DNA of 64,000 bases from a virus, in IMG/VR virus record IMGVR_UViG_3300045988_154312, positions 165,889 to 229,888 of that record; one strand, given 5' to 3'. This document shows, piece by piece, positions 1-8,343 of the stretch (within the stretch, counting starts at the first letter, position 1; each line of letters opens with the position of its first letter). Under the pieces are notes generated by a model that ran no database searches, was not told the origin of the DNA, and saw only the letters and a program-made list of their open reading frames with translations. Made by a program: the position numbers and the translations under genes.

Positions 1-29
1 TGGTACTTTCAAAGAAAGGAGACATTTAT

Positions 30-737
30 ATGTCTAAATTTGCAAACGTTGTATGTTATTTGTTCGGCTCCAACTCTAATGGTTGGGCACAAATGTTATC
101 CGCTGTTGTAGAGGGTGTTCCTGGTGTCCGTGACACCAAACCTGTCAGAATTGAAACAGCAGGTCAATCTTATGTGGGTATGGGCTGTAATGCCGTAGCC
201 CAAATCTTGGAGTTGTTCGCCAACAAGTCCGTTAATTACGGACAGTTCACTGGTGAAGTAGTGACTAGCGACGCTGTCGCTATCCGCTGTTATTCTATCA
301 TGAAAGCTATTAAAGATGGCTTAACGCCAGCTAAAGTAGCTGACCATGTTATGAAAGAAGCGGATACAGCTGAAGACCGCGAGCAGTTTAAGCGTCTTGC
401 TATGGCAATCAAAGACTGTCAAAGCCAGGGTGTGCGTCTTCGCATTAGCCGTCTTTCCCAAGAGCACAGTTATGCTCTTGAGGTGCCAGAAGGAGTAGAA
501 CTCCAAGCTGGCGACGTGGTCAAATTTGACCGCGGTGTATCCGAAGACGGTGTCAAACTTGCGTATGGAGTGCAATCCAGCTACGCTTATGAAGTGGCTG
601 AGGTCAATGATGAGCTTAAAGCTCTCAGACCTAAAAACACTCCAAATAGCAAGCACAGAATGGCGTGCGTTAACGCCACTCTTAACTTGATTCGCGAAAT
701 CAAGGCAGAAGAGGTCTCCGCAGAAGACCTCATCTAA
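30..737 (+). CDS. hypothetical protein (clearly higher GC than the rest of the window)
   Basis: 235-aa ORF; SD-like aaggag at 16-21, 8 nt before the ATG; GC hairpin plus T-run directly downstream. Confidence 0.7.
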   Translation: MSKFANVVCYLFGSNSNGWAQMLSAVVEGVPGVRDTKPVRIETAGQSYVGMGCNAVAQILELFANKSVNYGQFTGEVVTSDAVAIRCYSIMKAIKDGLTPAKVADHVMKEADTAEDREQFKRLAMAIKDCQSQGVRLRISRLSQEHSYALEVPEGVELQAGDVVKFDRGVSEDGVKLAYGVQSSYAYEVAEVNDELKALRPKNTPNSKHRMACVNATLNLIREIKAEEVSAEDLI

Positions 738-741
738 CATT

Positions 742-768
742 GGGGGCATTTTGCCCCCTTTATTTTTA
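742..768 (+). terminator. rho-independent terminator
   Basis: gggggca-ttt-tgccccc stem followed by a T-run. Confidence 0.8.
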
Positions 769-790
769 TTAGTAAAGGAGGGAGCCCCTG

Positions 791-1279
791 ATGGCTACTT
801 TTAATATTAAGCATTCCAACCAATCTATTCTTGACTATATGAGAGAAAAGATTACGGTTGAGTATAATGGCTCTGTCGAAGATGTCGACGGAGGCATTAA
901 AGTTGAGGTTGATGACAATCACCTTAAAGACATTACGGACGCATTCAGCCGTGCGAAACGTAATGCCATGTTCTCAGGCTGGGTAAAATCTGCCACTAAG
1001 TTTGTTGGCAGACAAGCTGACACTGTGAAAGATGTCGGCATCGGTGCAGTTGGCATTAGCGCCAAAGGTATCTTTGGTGGTCTTAAAAAGACTGCTGAAG
1101 TAGCTATGGGTGCTACTGCTGTAATCGTAAACGAGGGTAAAGAAGCTTGGAAAGAAGCTTCTGTGAGCGATGAGCTCAGAAACCTCAAGAAATCCTTCGG
1201 TAGTACTGGCAATGATACAGAAGGTATCGAAATCATTAAGGAAGATACTGTAGAAAATACTGCTGGCGAAAGAGCCTAG
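791..1279 (+). CDS. hypothetical protein (higher GC, Gly/Ala-rich central part)
   Basis: 162-aa ORF; aaaggaggg SD upstream. Confidence 0.7.
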   Translation: MATFNIKHSNQSILDYMREKITVEYNGSVEDVDGGIKVEVDDNHLKDITDAFSRAKRNAMFSGWVKSATKFVGRQADTVKDVGIGAVGISAKGIFGGLKKTAEVAMGATAVIVNEGKEAWKEASVSDELRNLKKSFGSTGNDTEGIEIIKEDTVENTAGERA

Positions 1280-1477
1280 CAGTATAGACGATTGCTATTA
1301 ATCGTCGGTAAATATTAATAGCAGTTGCTCTAGTTGTCAGGGGCGAGTGTAGGTGACAACCTTATTCTAGTTATTTAGGATATTCCTAACTAGAACTGAT
1401 AAGATAACTATGAATATCCTTATTATACAGTAATTTTATGCTTTGGACTGTATAATAGAATAAAAAGCACTAGAAAT

Positions 1478-1532
1478 AGGGTTTAGTCTAGAGGAGCAGG
1501 GTTTGCTCTTCTAGGCTAAACCTTTATTTTTT
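1478..1532 (+). terminator. long-stem rho-independent terminator
   Basis: gggtttagtctagaggagca / tgctcttctaggctaaacc stem followed by tttatttttt; three smaller hairpins lie in 1290-1460. Confidence 0.7.
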
Positions 1533-1758
1533 CTTATGTTGAATATACATTTAGGTAATACTGTTGTTACAGCGTTAGCTAAATGTATATTTTTTTATAA
1601 TTCGCGAAAAGCATACCGCCTGAGTACGTATGGCGTAATTCGGGTGTCAGCTTTAGCGAAAGTCCATTTTTTTGGACACTTTTGGCAGGGGCTAATTTTT
1701 TTAGTGACTGCTTTTTTTTATCGGAACGATTACGTTTCCGATCGCCAAGAATTATTAA

Positions 1759-2555
1759 GGAGCGAGCGTCAGCGAGCGAATGTATATTTGTTTGTATATA
1801 AGCCCGAGCGAGCGAAGCGAGCGGAGGGCGTTTATTAGGTTCTCTGTGTACTCTCTTCCAAGAGAGTAGTTTTGTTTATTATTTGTATTGTAAGGCGAGC
1901 GAAGCGAGCCGTTAATATTCTTTGTTTACTTTCTTCTTAAGAAAGTAAGTATTGTATTATTTATTAGTAGTAGTTCTCTGCTATCTCTCTTGTAAAGAGA
2001 GTAGTTATGTATTATATATATTTATATATGTAGATTCTCTGTTATCTCTCTTCTCAAGAGAGTAATTAGTTATTTATATATATATGTATCATAATAGTAT
2101 TAACGCAGCGAGCGAAGCGAGCGGAGTATCTGTTATGTATAGTATATAGTTATTCCCGACGAGTGAGGAGGATACGACGAGCGAGTTGTAGTGTCCTAGC
2201 GTAAGCGACGATCATAAGAGTATATATTTATATATTATATATAGGGCGAGCGAAGCGACCGTCAGGGAGCGGAGCGAGCATAGTATTATTATATAATATA
2301 TTATAGGGAGCCTCAGCGACCGGAGTATATATATAGTCTTATAGGAGCTAGATAGGCAATAAGGATTGATAAGGATTTAGTATATCGTGATATAGTATAT
2401 CGTATTATACTATAGTAGTATATAGTCGATCCTTATTTACAGTAAGAAGGAAAAATCGGCCTTGAATTTCTGGAACCGAAGGTTTTAAAAAATTACGATA
2501 TTTTCCGCCCGGGAGTATCTGTATCATATATATAGTAGGGAGCGTTAGCGACCGA
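1759..2555. repeat. dispersed GC-rich motif copies (GCGAGCGAAGCGAGC and AGGGAGC-N-AGCGACCG) embedded in TATA-rich DNA
   Basis: Copies read at 1759-1782, 1806-1824, 1895-1910, 2105-2124, 2244-2279, about 2305-2325 and about 2537-2555. Confidence 0.7.
1840..2075 (+). repeat. four copies of a roughly 40-nt hairpin unit (TTCTyTG-N-CTCTCTT-loop-AAGAGAGTA)
   Basis: Units at 1840-1880, 1918-1960, 1974-2013, 2035-2075. Copy 2 has ctttctt/aagaaag instead of ctctctt/aagagag, a compensatory change. Confidence 0.7.
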
Positions 2556-2694
2556 TGGTATCATATATATACGTTAGTATATATTAAGTATTTTCTGCCG
2601 TCGGTATTTTGTTAAAAGAGAGACTAGTATATGTAATAATAGCCGCTTAGGATATTATGGTTTATATATAATATGTTTTTAGTTAATGTTTTTA

Positions 2695-2715
2695 CTGTAC
2701 ATATTATATGTACAG
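2695..2715. repeat. perfect 9-bp inverted repeat
   Basis: ctgtacata-tta-tatgtacag. Confidence 0.6.
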
Positions 2716-2874
2716 GTATTAAAAACTTTTAGGGTGGGATATCTTATAATAATATTGAACGTCAGTGAAATGTTATTATAGATTTAAATCTTATATTAGA
2801 TATAATTTTAATGAGAGCTATTAATGTGAAGAATAGGGAGCGCCGCGAATCTATTCAGCTATTAAAATTCTTAG

Positions 2875-2911
2875 TCGACACGATAGTATAGTATGGTAGA
2901 GATCGTGTCGA
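2875..2911. repeat. 10-bp inverted repeat
   Basis: tcgacacgat ... atcgtgtcga. Confidence 0.6.
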
Positions 2912-3592
2912 TAGGTTACGAGTGCTAACGAGTTATATGTAGAATTCGTTATTAAGAATAGTGTTATCGATGTAGCTTGCGAAGAGAAATAGTATTCTTT
3001 AGAATTCGTAACAATATATCTAATGCGTTTGTGTGTCTATCGATATATATCAAGAAAATATATACCGACGTGTGCGAATGGAGTTTACGAAGTGTGGCAC
3101 GCAATCAATTTTTATATCTCGTAACGAAGCCGTTTACGGTTCGTATTAGTATTATATATAGCGAAGCGAACAATGTAAGCGGAATGTAACTATATAATAT
3201 TTAATACGAATTATACCAAAGTATTAGAAGTTAGTAAGCGTCTAATAAGTAGGTGGTTTTTTGTTTGGGATCCGCCGTTATCTTAGTATTTCATTTACTA
3301 GCTAAGGTATTTAAAAGTCCCTTGCGTTTATTTTAGTCGAGTTATTATTTAATATATATTATATATAATAATAACGAAGAGCCATTACTGTTAAGAATGG
3401 ATAGTAGACGAAATTGGGAACGGGCCCCAATAATAGTTATTAGATTTTTAATATAATAACGTTAATGGTTCGTCGTGTACGATCCTCTGCGAGTTGTTTA
3501 TCTTCACAGCAGATTAATTACTATTAAGAGTTTGGAGCATTTTTAAAATGGGACAACATTTTGTTAGTATTCTTTGTCTATATTATATATAT

Positions 3593-3616
3593 AAAAAAAA
3601 GACCCCCATGGGGCCG
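3593..3616 (-). terminator. candidate minus-strand intrinsic terminator
   Basis: A8 run then gacccccatggggcc palindrome on +; on the minus strand this reads as hairpin plus U8. Confidence 0.5.
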
Positions 3617-3720
3617 TTATATATTGTTTTGTATCTGGAGCGGTGAAACTTCGTTTCACCGGTATATTACTCATGCTTGAGTAAGAGTTATTTAAAAAAT
3701 AAAAAAATATGTCAGAAAAT

Positions 3721-3746
3721 AAAAAAGACCCCGAAGGGCCGTTTTT
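3721..3746. terminator. candidate bidirectional terminator
   Basis: A6-gaccccgaagggcc-gttttt; the minus-strand version has a C(UUCG)G tetraloop plus a G-U pair. Confidence 0.5.
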
Positions 3747-3901
3747 ATATAATTATTTTTTTAATGTTCAGCTGTCGCTATCAATAATAAATTATTGGAA
3801 GCGGTGTAACGTAGTTACACCGGTATATTACTCACTTTAGATGCTTAGTTGTCAAAAAATAAAAAAATATTTTTTATTTAATTATATATATAGCAAACAA
3901 T

Positions 3902-3942
3902 AAAAAAAAACAGCCTTAGATTTTTATATCCAAGACTGTTTT
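3902..3942. terminator. candidate bidirectional terminator (imperfect stem)
   Basis: A9 - acagcctt ... aagactgt - tttt. Confidence 0.4.
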
Positions 3943-4098
3943 GTGTGTGTAAATTTCAGGAGCGGTGAACTGCGTTCACCGGTATATTACTCATATTAGT
4001 ATATCATTAATTAATTTTGTAAAAATAATTAAATATTCATTATTAATGCATAATTGAAAGTACGGATATTTTTAAGTAAAAAAAATACAAAAAATTAA

Positions 4099-4123
4099 AG
4101 TCAGATAATATCTGGCTTTTTTT
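4099..4123 (+). terminator. candidate plus-strand terminator
   Basis: agtcaga-taata-tctggct stem with a G-U pair valid only on +, followed by T7. Confidence 0.5.
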
Positions 4124-4745
4124 AATTTTGGTGTCGCCTGCGGTATATATAGGAAACAATAAAACATAATATACAGAATATGTATATTTATGAATACGAG
4201 CTTTTTTCAAAAGCGTTCTTCGACCATAGCTTACTCCGAAAAGTTTAAATGAAACGTCGTAAGCGTAGTAGTGACGCGGGTTTTTAATAATTTTATGTAT
4301 AAGATTATTTAGGGTTAGGAACGATCGATATAAAAATTGCTCCCTTAACAGTTCTTATTCATCTCTTATATATACTATATATATAATATAATAATATTTA
4401 TTTTTTTAAATAGTCCGCCGTCTCCTCACGAGCGCCAACACCAGTTATTTATTGCTTTATATACTATATATATAGGTAAAGCTATGGCTTTGTTCGTGCA
4501 GAAGATACGGCTCTTGGACTATAGGTGATACTGACTATACAGTATGCTCCCTTGGGGGGTGGGGGGAGTCAGTAACACTCTCAAGTTAGTTATTTTTATC
4601 TAAAAACTAATAAAAATCGTTTATGGCTATTAAAATGATCATAAGTCCGCAACACTTTAAAATCTCCCTTTAACAGCTAAAAACTAGTATTTTTTAAAAT
4701 ATCAAGTTGCTTTTATTTGCTATATTTTAGCCTATTTTCATATTA

Positions 4746-4801
4746 GATGTATTTGGTCCGATGTATTTGGTCCGATGTATTTGGTCCGATGTATTTGGTC
4801 A
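4746..4801. repeat. four tandem 14-bp iterons (GATGTATTTGGTCC x3 plus GATGTATTTGGTCA)
   Basis: Read directly; head-to-tail with no spacer. Confidence 0.95.
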
Positions 4802-5040
4802 CATAATATATTTAATTAGCGTAGCGTATTACTATATATATCATTAATCTGTTATAGCAACTTTATTAGTACTTAATAGCTGTATATAGTCATATATATA
4901 GTTTATTGTTATATTATATATATGGTTTAATATATATTATTAGTATTAAGTTATATTATATATTGCTATACTATGTATATATAATAGTATTAGTATATAT
5001 GTATTATGTTATTATATATTGTATTAAGATATATAATTAA
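4802..5040. other. extremely TA-rich tract (candidate DNA unwinding element)
   Basis: Almost pure TA/TATA-type sequence immediately after the iterons. Confidence 0.5.
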
Positions 5041-5127
5041 GAGAAACTATTAAATGGAAAGATGCGGGCGATTTTGTATATGGTATTTTATATCAAGTCG
5101 TTCACGGATCCGTATATGGATTTTTAA

Positions 5128-5316
5128 ATGTATTGTATTTTGTCGGAGGAAAATATTATTTTAATAATATCAGCAGTAATTATGTTTTTACTATATAAAT
5201 TAGGCAATAAATTATTTAAAGAGCACTATTATAACAGTCGATTAAAAACTATATATTTAATTTTATGTTTTATAATAGTATGCATATTAATTAGACTATT
5301 ATATTTATATATATAA
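5128..5316 (+). CDS. possible small membrane protein
   Basis: 62-aa hydrophobic ORF; no clear SD; lies at the edge of the non-coding region. Confidence 0.3.
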   Translation: MYCILSEENIILIISAVIMFLLYKLGNKLFKEHYYNSRLKTIYLILCFIIVCILIRLLYLYI

Positions 5317-5335
5317 GATTAATATTCTTTAGTGC

Positions 5336-5355
5336 GTGCTCCGCACCGAAATCTC
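5336..5355 (+). promoter_or_regulatory. conserved hairpin-CGAAATC motif, copy A
   Basis: gtgc-tcc-gcac cgaaatctc; same architecture as 19700 and 25628, with a compensatory stem change. Confidence 0.5.
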
Positions 5356-5398
5356 CCGTAGTCCTTTTTTGTTGTATAGGAGTTAATGAGCGTAGCGA

Positions 5399-5599
5399 AT
5401 GAATCAATATTTAGTCGATCAGATTGTCGACCATAGCGACTGGATACGGTATACGCGTCCAAGGAAGATGTGTTATTCTGACGATATAAGCAAGAAATAT
5501 GATCTAGATAATATAATCGTAGCAATTAGCGAAAGTTATTATAAATATAGTGCTGAATTATATTTACAATATTATATGTATTTAATAGTAGCAGAATAA
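5399..5599 (+). CDS. YY-tail small protein family member
   Basis: C-terminus ...SAELYLQYYMYLIVAE. Confidence 0.55.
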   Translation: MNQYLVDQIVDHSDWIRYTRPRKMCYSDDISKKYDLDNIIVAISESYYKYSAELYLQYYMYLIVAE

Positions 5600-5615
5600 A
5601 TGGAGGAAACTAATA

Positions 5616-5879
5616 ATGAAATATTTAATACAAGAAAAAGTTGTCGGCGATATTAATCTTGAAATCGAAGCTTCCGATATGGTTAAAGCTGTTAAATTAG
5701 CTAGAAAATATATCGAAGATAATTATAAAGATATTTTTATCGACTACGATTGTTTCCAAGAGAAACAAGTGTTTGGTTGTTCTGATCGAGAATTTAATAA
5801 AGACAGTAAAGAAGGATTTATTATGATTATTCGTGAAGACAAAAAAACAATGAGTCATTTTGAAATAAAAGTTAAATAA
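5616..5879 (+). CDS. hypothetical protein
   Basis: 87-aa ORF; ggagg SD upstream. Confidence 0.65.
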   Translation: MKYLIQEKVVGDINLEIEASDMVKAVKLARKYIEDNYKDIFIDYDCFQEKQVFGCSDREFNKDSKEGFIMIIREDKKTMSHFEIKVK

Positions 5880-5886
5880 AGTCGTT

Positions 5887-6090
5887 ATGAATAAGAATGA
5901 ATTAATCGATAATATTATCGATGCGGCCTGGATAATAAAAACAAAATATCCAAAATATATGCCGTCCCGAAACTTTCATATAGTCGACGTTATTACAAAA
6001 ATTACTGTATATAGTAATGGTAGTCAAGAAATTAACGGTATGATTTATTATAGCTATTATTTATTTTTAGGACATTTAGATTATGAATAA
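5887..6090 (+). CDS. YY-tail family member
   Basis: C-terminus ...GMIYYSYYLFLGHLDYE. Confidence 0.65.
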   Translation: MNKNELIDNIIDAAWIIKTKYPKYMPSRNFHIVDVITKITVYSNGSQEINGMIYYSYYLFLGHLDYE

Positions 6091-6286
6091 ATCAAAGTTT
6101 TTCAATGAATTGGTATATTATAATATCGATAAATGTAAGATAAATAAATATGAAAAATATAATGTCGTTTATAATACTGGTTATAGTATTCTTAGGAATT
6201 ATATTATTTATCGTAATGGCGACGAAAAATATAGTGCAAACATATATGTTTATTATTATCTATATTTAAGTTTAGAACATATATAA
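6083..6286 (+). CDS. YY-tail family member
   Basis: C-terminus ...YSANIYVYYYLYLSLEHI. Confidence 0.65.
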   Translation: MNKSKFFNELVYYNIDKCKINKYEKYNVVYNTGYSILRNYIIYRNGDEKYSANIYVYYYLYLSLEHI

Positions 6287-6298
6287 AGGAGGGATTAT

Positions 6299-6526
6299 AT
6301 GGAATGTTATACTATATCTAAAAGAGAAATATTTATATCAGAAGTCAGAAGAATGACATCTAACGTTATGTGCATTTCATATTTCCCCCATCGGAATATT
6401 GAGCCGGCATACTTTAATTTAATGGAAGGAATGTCTTATGACGGCGTAAAAAAAGATCCTTTATTCTTATACGATTATTATATATATTTATCTCTTCTAG
6501 AATTAGGATATTATAATGAACCATAA
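6299..6526 (+). CDS. YY-tail family member
   Basis: C-terminus ...LFLYDYYIYLSLLELGYYNEP; aggaggg SD. Confidence 0.65.
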   Translation: MECYTISKREIFISEVRRMTSNVMCISYFPHRNIEPAYFNLMEGMSYDGVKKDPLFLYDYYIYLSLLELGYYNEP

Positions 6527-6734
6527 ATTAAATAATATAGTTAGTAGAGAAAATTCAAAATTGCCTAATAAGATTTATAATAAATATATAGCAAGGCCAG
6601 ATATTCAAGGCGACTTATTAGTATATTATGATCTCGTATATGAATATGTATCTAATGGTATTGCATTATATGATTATTATATATTTTTAAATTATGTAGA
6701 ATTAGGATACGATAATGGACTGCAAAATAAATAA
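6516..6734 (+). CDS. YY-tail family member (LPxELYNKYI subfamily)
   Basis: ...LPNKIYNKYI...ALYDYYIFLNYVELGY. Confidence 0.65.
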   Translation: MNHKLNNIVSRENSKLPNKIYNKYIARPDIQGDLLVYYDLVYEYVSNGIALYDYYIFLNYVELGYDNGLQNK

Positions 6735-6909
6735 TATAATTTTTAATCATAATTTATTGTTACCTGATGAACTTTATAATAAATATATAATAAAACCAAA
6801 TTTTTATAGTCGTATGGTAGTTTATTTCGGTCTTAGATATAAATACATATCTAATTCAAAAGAACTATATGACTATTATATATATTTATCATTAACAGGA
6901 ACATTATGA
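6715..6909 (+). CDS. YY-tail family member (LPxELYNKYI subfamily)
   Basis: ...LPDELYNKYI...ELYDYYIYLSLTGTL. Confidence 0.65.
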   Translation: MDCKINNIIFNHNLLLPDELYNKYIIKPNFYSRMVVYFGLRYKYISNSKELYDYYIYLSLTGTL

Positions 6910-7115
6910 AAGAATATCATTTATCAGAAGTATTAAGAATAACTTATCTTGTATACACTAAATATAATCGTAAGTATGATATAGATCTTAATTTTTTAAT
7001 GTGTAGAAAATGAAATAATATTATCGTATATATAAATGAATATAACGATACGTATTCTGGTAACTTATATTATGATTATTATATATATTTAAGTTTAATG
7101 GATAACAGTATATGA
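6906..7115 (+). pseudogene. YY-tail family copy with an in-frame TGA at 7011-7013; close paralog of 14215..14424
   Basis: Translation MKEYHLSEVLRITYLVYTKYNRKYDIDLNFLMCRK*NNIIVYINEYNDTYSGNLYYDYYIYLSLMDNSI. The paralog has TTA (Leu) where this copy has TGA. Confidence 0.7.
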
Positions 7116-7309
7116 ATTGGAAAATGAAGTATTATCTAATAAATTTTGAATATGATATAGTGAGCAATTCATTTAGATGTAATACACAAAAATATATACT
7201 AGTTAATAATTCAAAATTTTTATATAATATAAATCTTGATGACGATACAAGGAATAGTGGATTTTATTATTATTACTATATATACTTAATGTTTATTGAC
7301 AAGAGCTAA
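7112..7309 (+). CDS. YY-tail family member
   Basis: C-terminus ...SGFYYYYYIYLMFIDKS. Confidence 0.65.
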   Translation: MNWKMKYYLINFEYDIVSNSFRCNTQKYILVNNSKFLYNINLDDDTRNSGFYYYYYIYLMFIDKS

Positions 7310-7321
7310 TAAGGAGAATAT

Positions 7322-7684
7322 ATGAAATTTGATCGATGTTTATTAAACGACAACACATATCTTTTCTTAGGCTATGATAAAGGACAAGAAGTATATTGCT
7401 TGCGAAATATTATATGCATTAGAATTAAAGGAGTTTTAATGGTCGACGCTAGTTTGTTAAGAGTAAGAAAACGCAGCGCCGATAGTTTTGATATTAAGAT
7501 GACATTACATATTAATAGTAATAATGAAGTGTATAGATCATCCTATATATCGTTAAAACATCCTAATAAAAGTATTGTTATTAGAGATGACGACAGTCAT
7601 CGTAAGGAATATATATTAGCATTAAGAAACTATATTATGGAATATAACAATATAGAACTATTAAGGAGTGAAAATATGTGTTAA
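7322..7684 (+). CDS. hypothetical protein
   Basis: 120-aa ORF; aaggag SD. Confidence 0.6.
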   Translation: MKFDRCLLNDNTYLFLGYDKGQEVYCLRNIICIRIKGVLMVDASLLRVRKRSADSFDIKMTLHINSNNEVYRSSYISLKHPNKSIVIRDDDSHRKEYILALRNYIMEYNNIELLRSENMC

Positions 7685-7998
7685 ACTTAATTTCAAAGTA
7701 TCAAGACGATATTAAAAACTTTATTATTAATAAATATAGTCTAGGTAAAAAAAAATATAATTTCGATTATTTTTGTGAATCAGTTTTTAATTTAAAAGAA
7801 CTTGATCTTTACTATAAAAATGCTTGTCATTGTAAAATTATAAAATATAGTTGGCATCATGATAAAGAAGATCCATATCCTAAAAATATTGTTATACAAT
7901 TTGAAAATAAAGAAACATTAAAAGATGTATCTCTTGATGATTTATTTTTAACAAAAAGTTCGTTAAAACAATACAATTGGTTTTTTAAAGAGAATTAA
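7678..7998 (+). CDS. hypothetical protein; paralog of 12198..12650 (WFFKE C-terminus)
   Basis: GTG start after aaggag; ...KIIKYSWHH...LFLTKSSLKQYNWFFKEN. Confidence 0.6.
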   Translation: MLNLISKYQDDIKNFIINKYSLGKKKYNFDYFCESVFNLKELDLYYKNACHCKIIKYSWHHDKEDPYPKNIVIQFENKETLKDVSLDDLFLTKSSLKQYNWFFKEN

Positions 7999-8013
7999 TA
8001 AGAAAGAACGCAC

Positions 8014-8343
8014 ATGAAACATTTATATTGTAAAGAAAAATTCGACAAAGAAAAATATGATCATATATTAAAATTAAAAGTATTAATATCTCAATGTAAT
8101 TGCGGTAGTATGCTTCTATATCTTAATAAAATAATGGTTAAATTAGAAGCAATTGAACGCATCGAGTTCGATAAAAATAATGAATATCAATTAACATTAT
8201 ATATTCATTATCAAAAAAACAATAAAGATCTTTATGAAATCATCGAAGTAAAATTTGAAGATTATGAAGAATTCGAAGAATATAAAGAAATGATCGGCGA
8301 CATTTTCTGTTATACATTTATTAACGAAGAAGCGACTTATTAA
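8014..8343 (+). CDS. hypothetical protein
   Basis: 109-aa ORF in the packed co-directional array. Confidence 0.55.
   Translation: MKHLYCKEKFDKEKYDHILKLKVLISQCNCGSMLLYLNKIMVKLEAIERIEFDKNNEYQLTLYIHYQKNNKDLYEIIEVKFEDYEEFEEYKEMIGDIFCYTFINEEATY

Larger units (their letters stand above)
3637..3994. repeat. three diverged tandem units sharing GGAGCGGTG-hairpin-CACCGGTATATTACTCA
   Basis: Copies at 3637-3674, 3797-3835, 3959-3994. Stems are cggtgaaac/gtttcaccg, cggtgtaac/gttacaccg and cggtgaac/gttcaccg (compensatory changes). Units 1 and 2 also share aaaaaataaaaaaatat downstream. Confidence 0.75.

Noticed and set aside
1759-2560. CRISPR array interpretation of the repeated GC-rich motifs
   Set aside because: The repeats are short, imperfect and irregularly spaced (about 55-430 bp apart), with no constant repeat/spacer periodicity and no cas genes.
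1536-3189. ORFs 1536..1838 and 2977..3189 inside the non-coding region
   Set aside because: They run through the GC-island and hairpin repeats (for example, ERAKRAEG is the GCGAGCGAAGCGAGCGG motif translated). They have no SD and are unlike any neighbouring coding sequence.
4548-4566. G6-T-G6 tract as an intramolecular G-quadruplex
   Set aside because: There are only two G-runs with a 1-nt linker. Forming four G-tracts would require zero-length loops. More likely it is part of the larger hairpin tactgact...agtcagta.
1280-5127. tRNA genes in the large non-coding region
   Set aside because: I found no cloverleaf-compatible segment and no GTTCRANNC T-arm consensus by eye. This should still be confirmed with tRNAscan-SE.
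7011-7013. TGA recoding (stop-codon reassignment)
   Set aside because: Many adjacent genes in the same array terminate on TGA in ATGA overlaps, so TGA functions as a stop here. A nonsense mutation is the simpler explanation.
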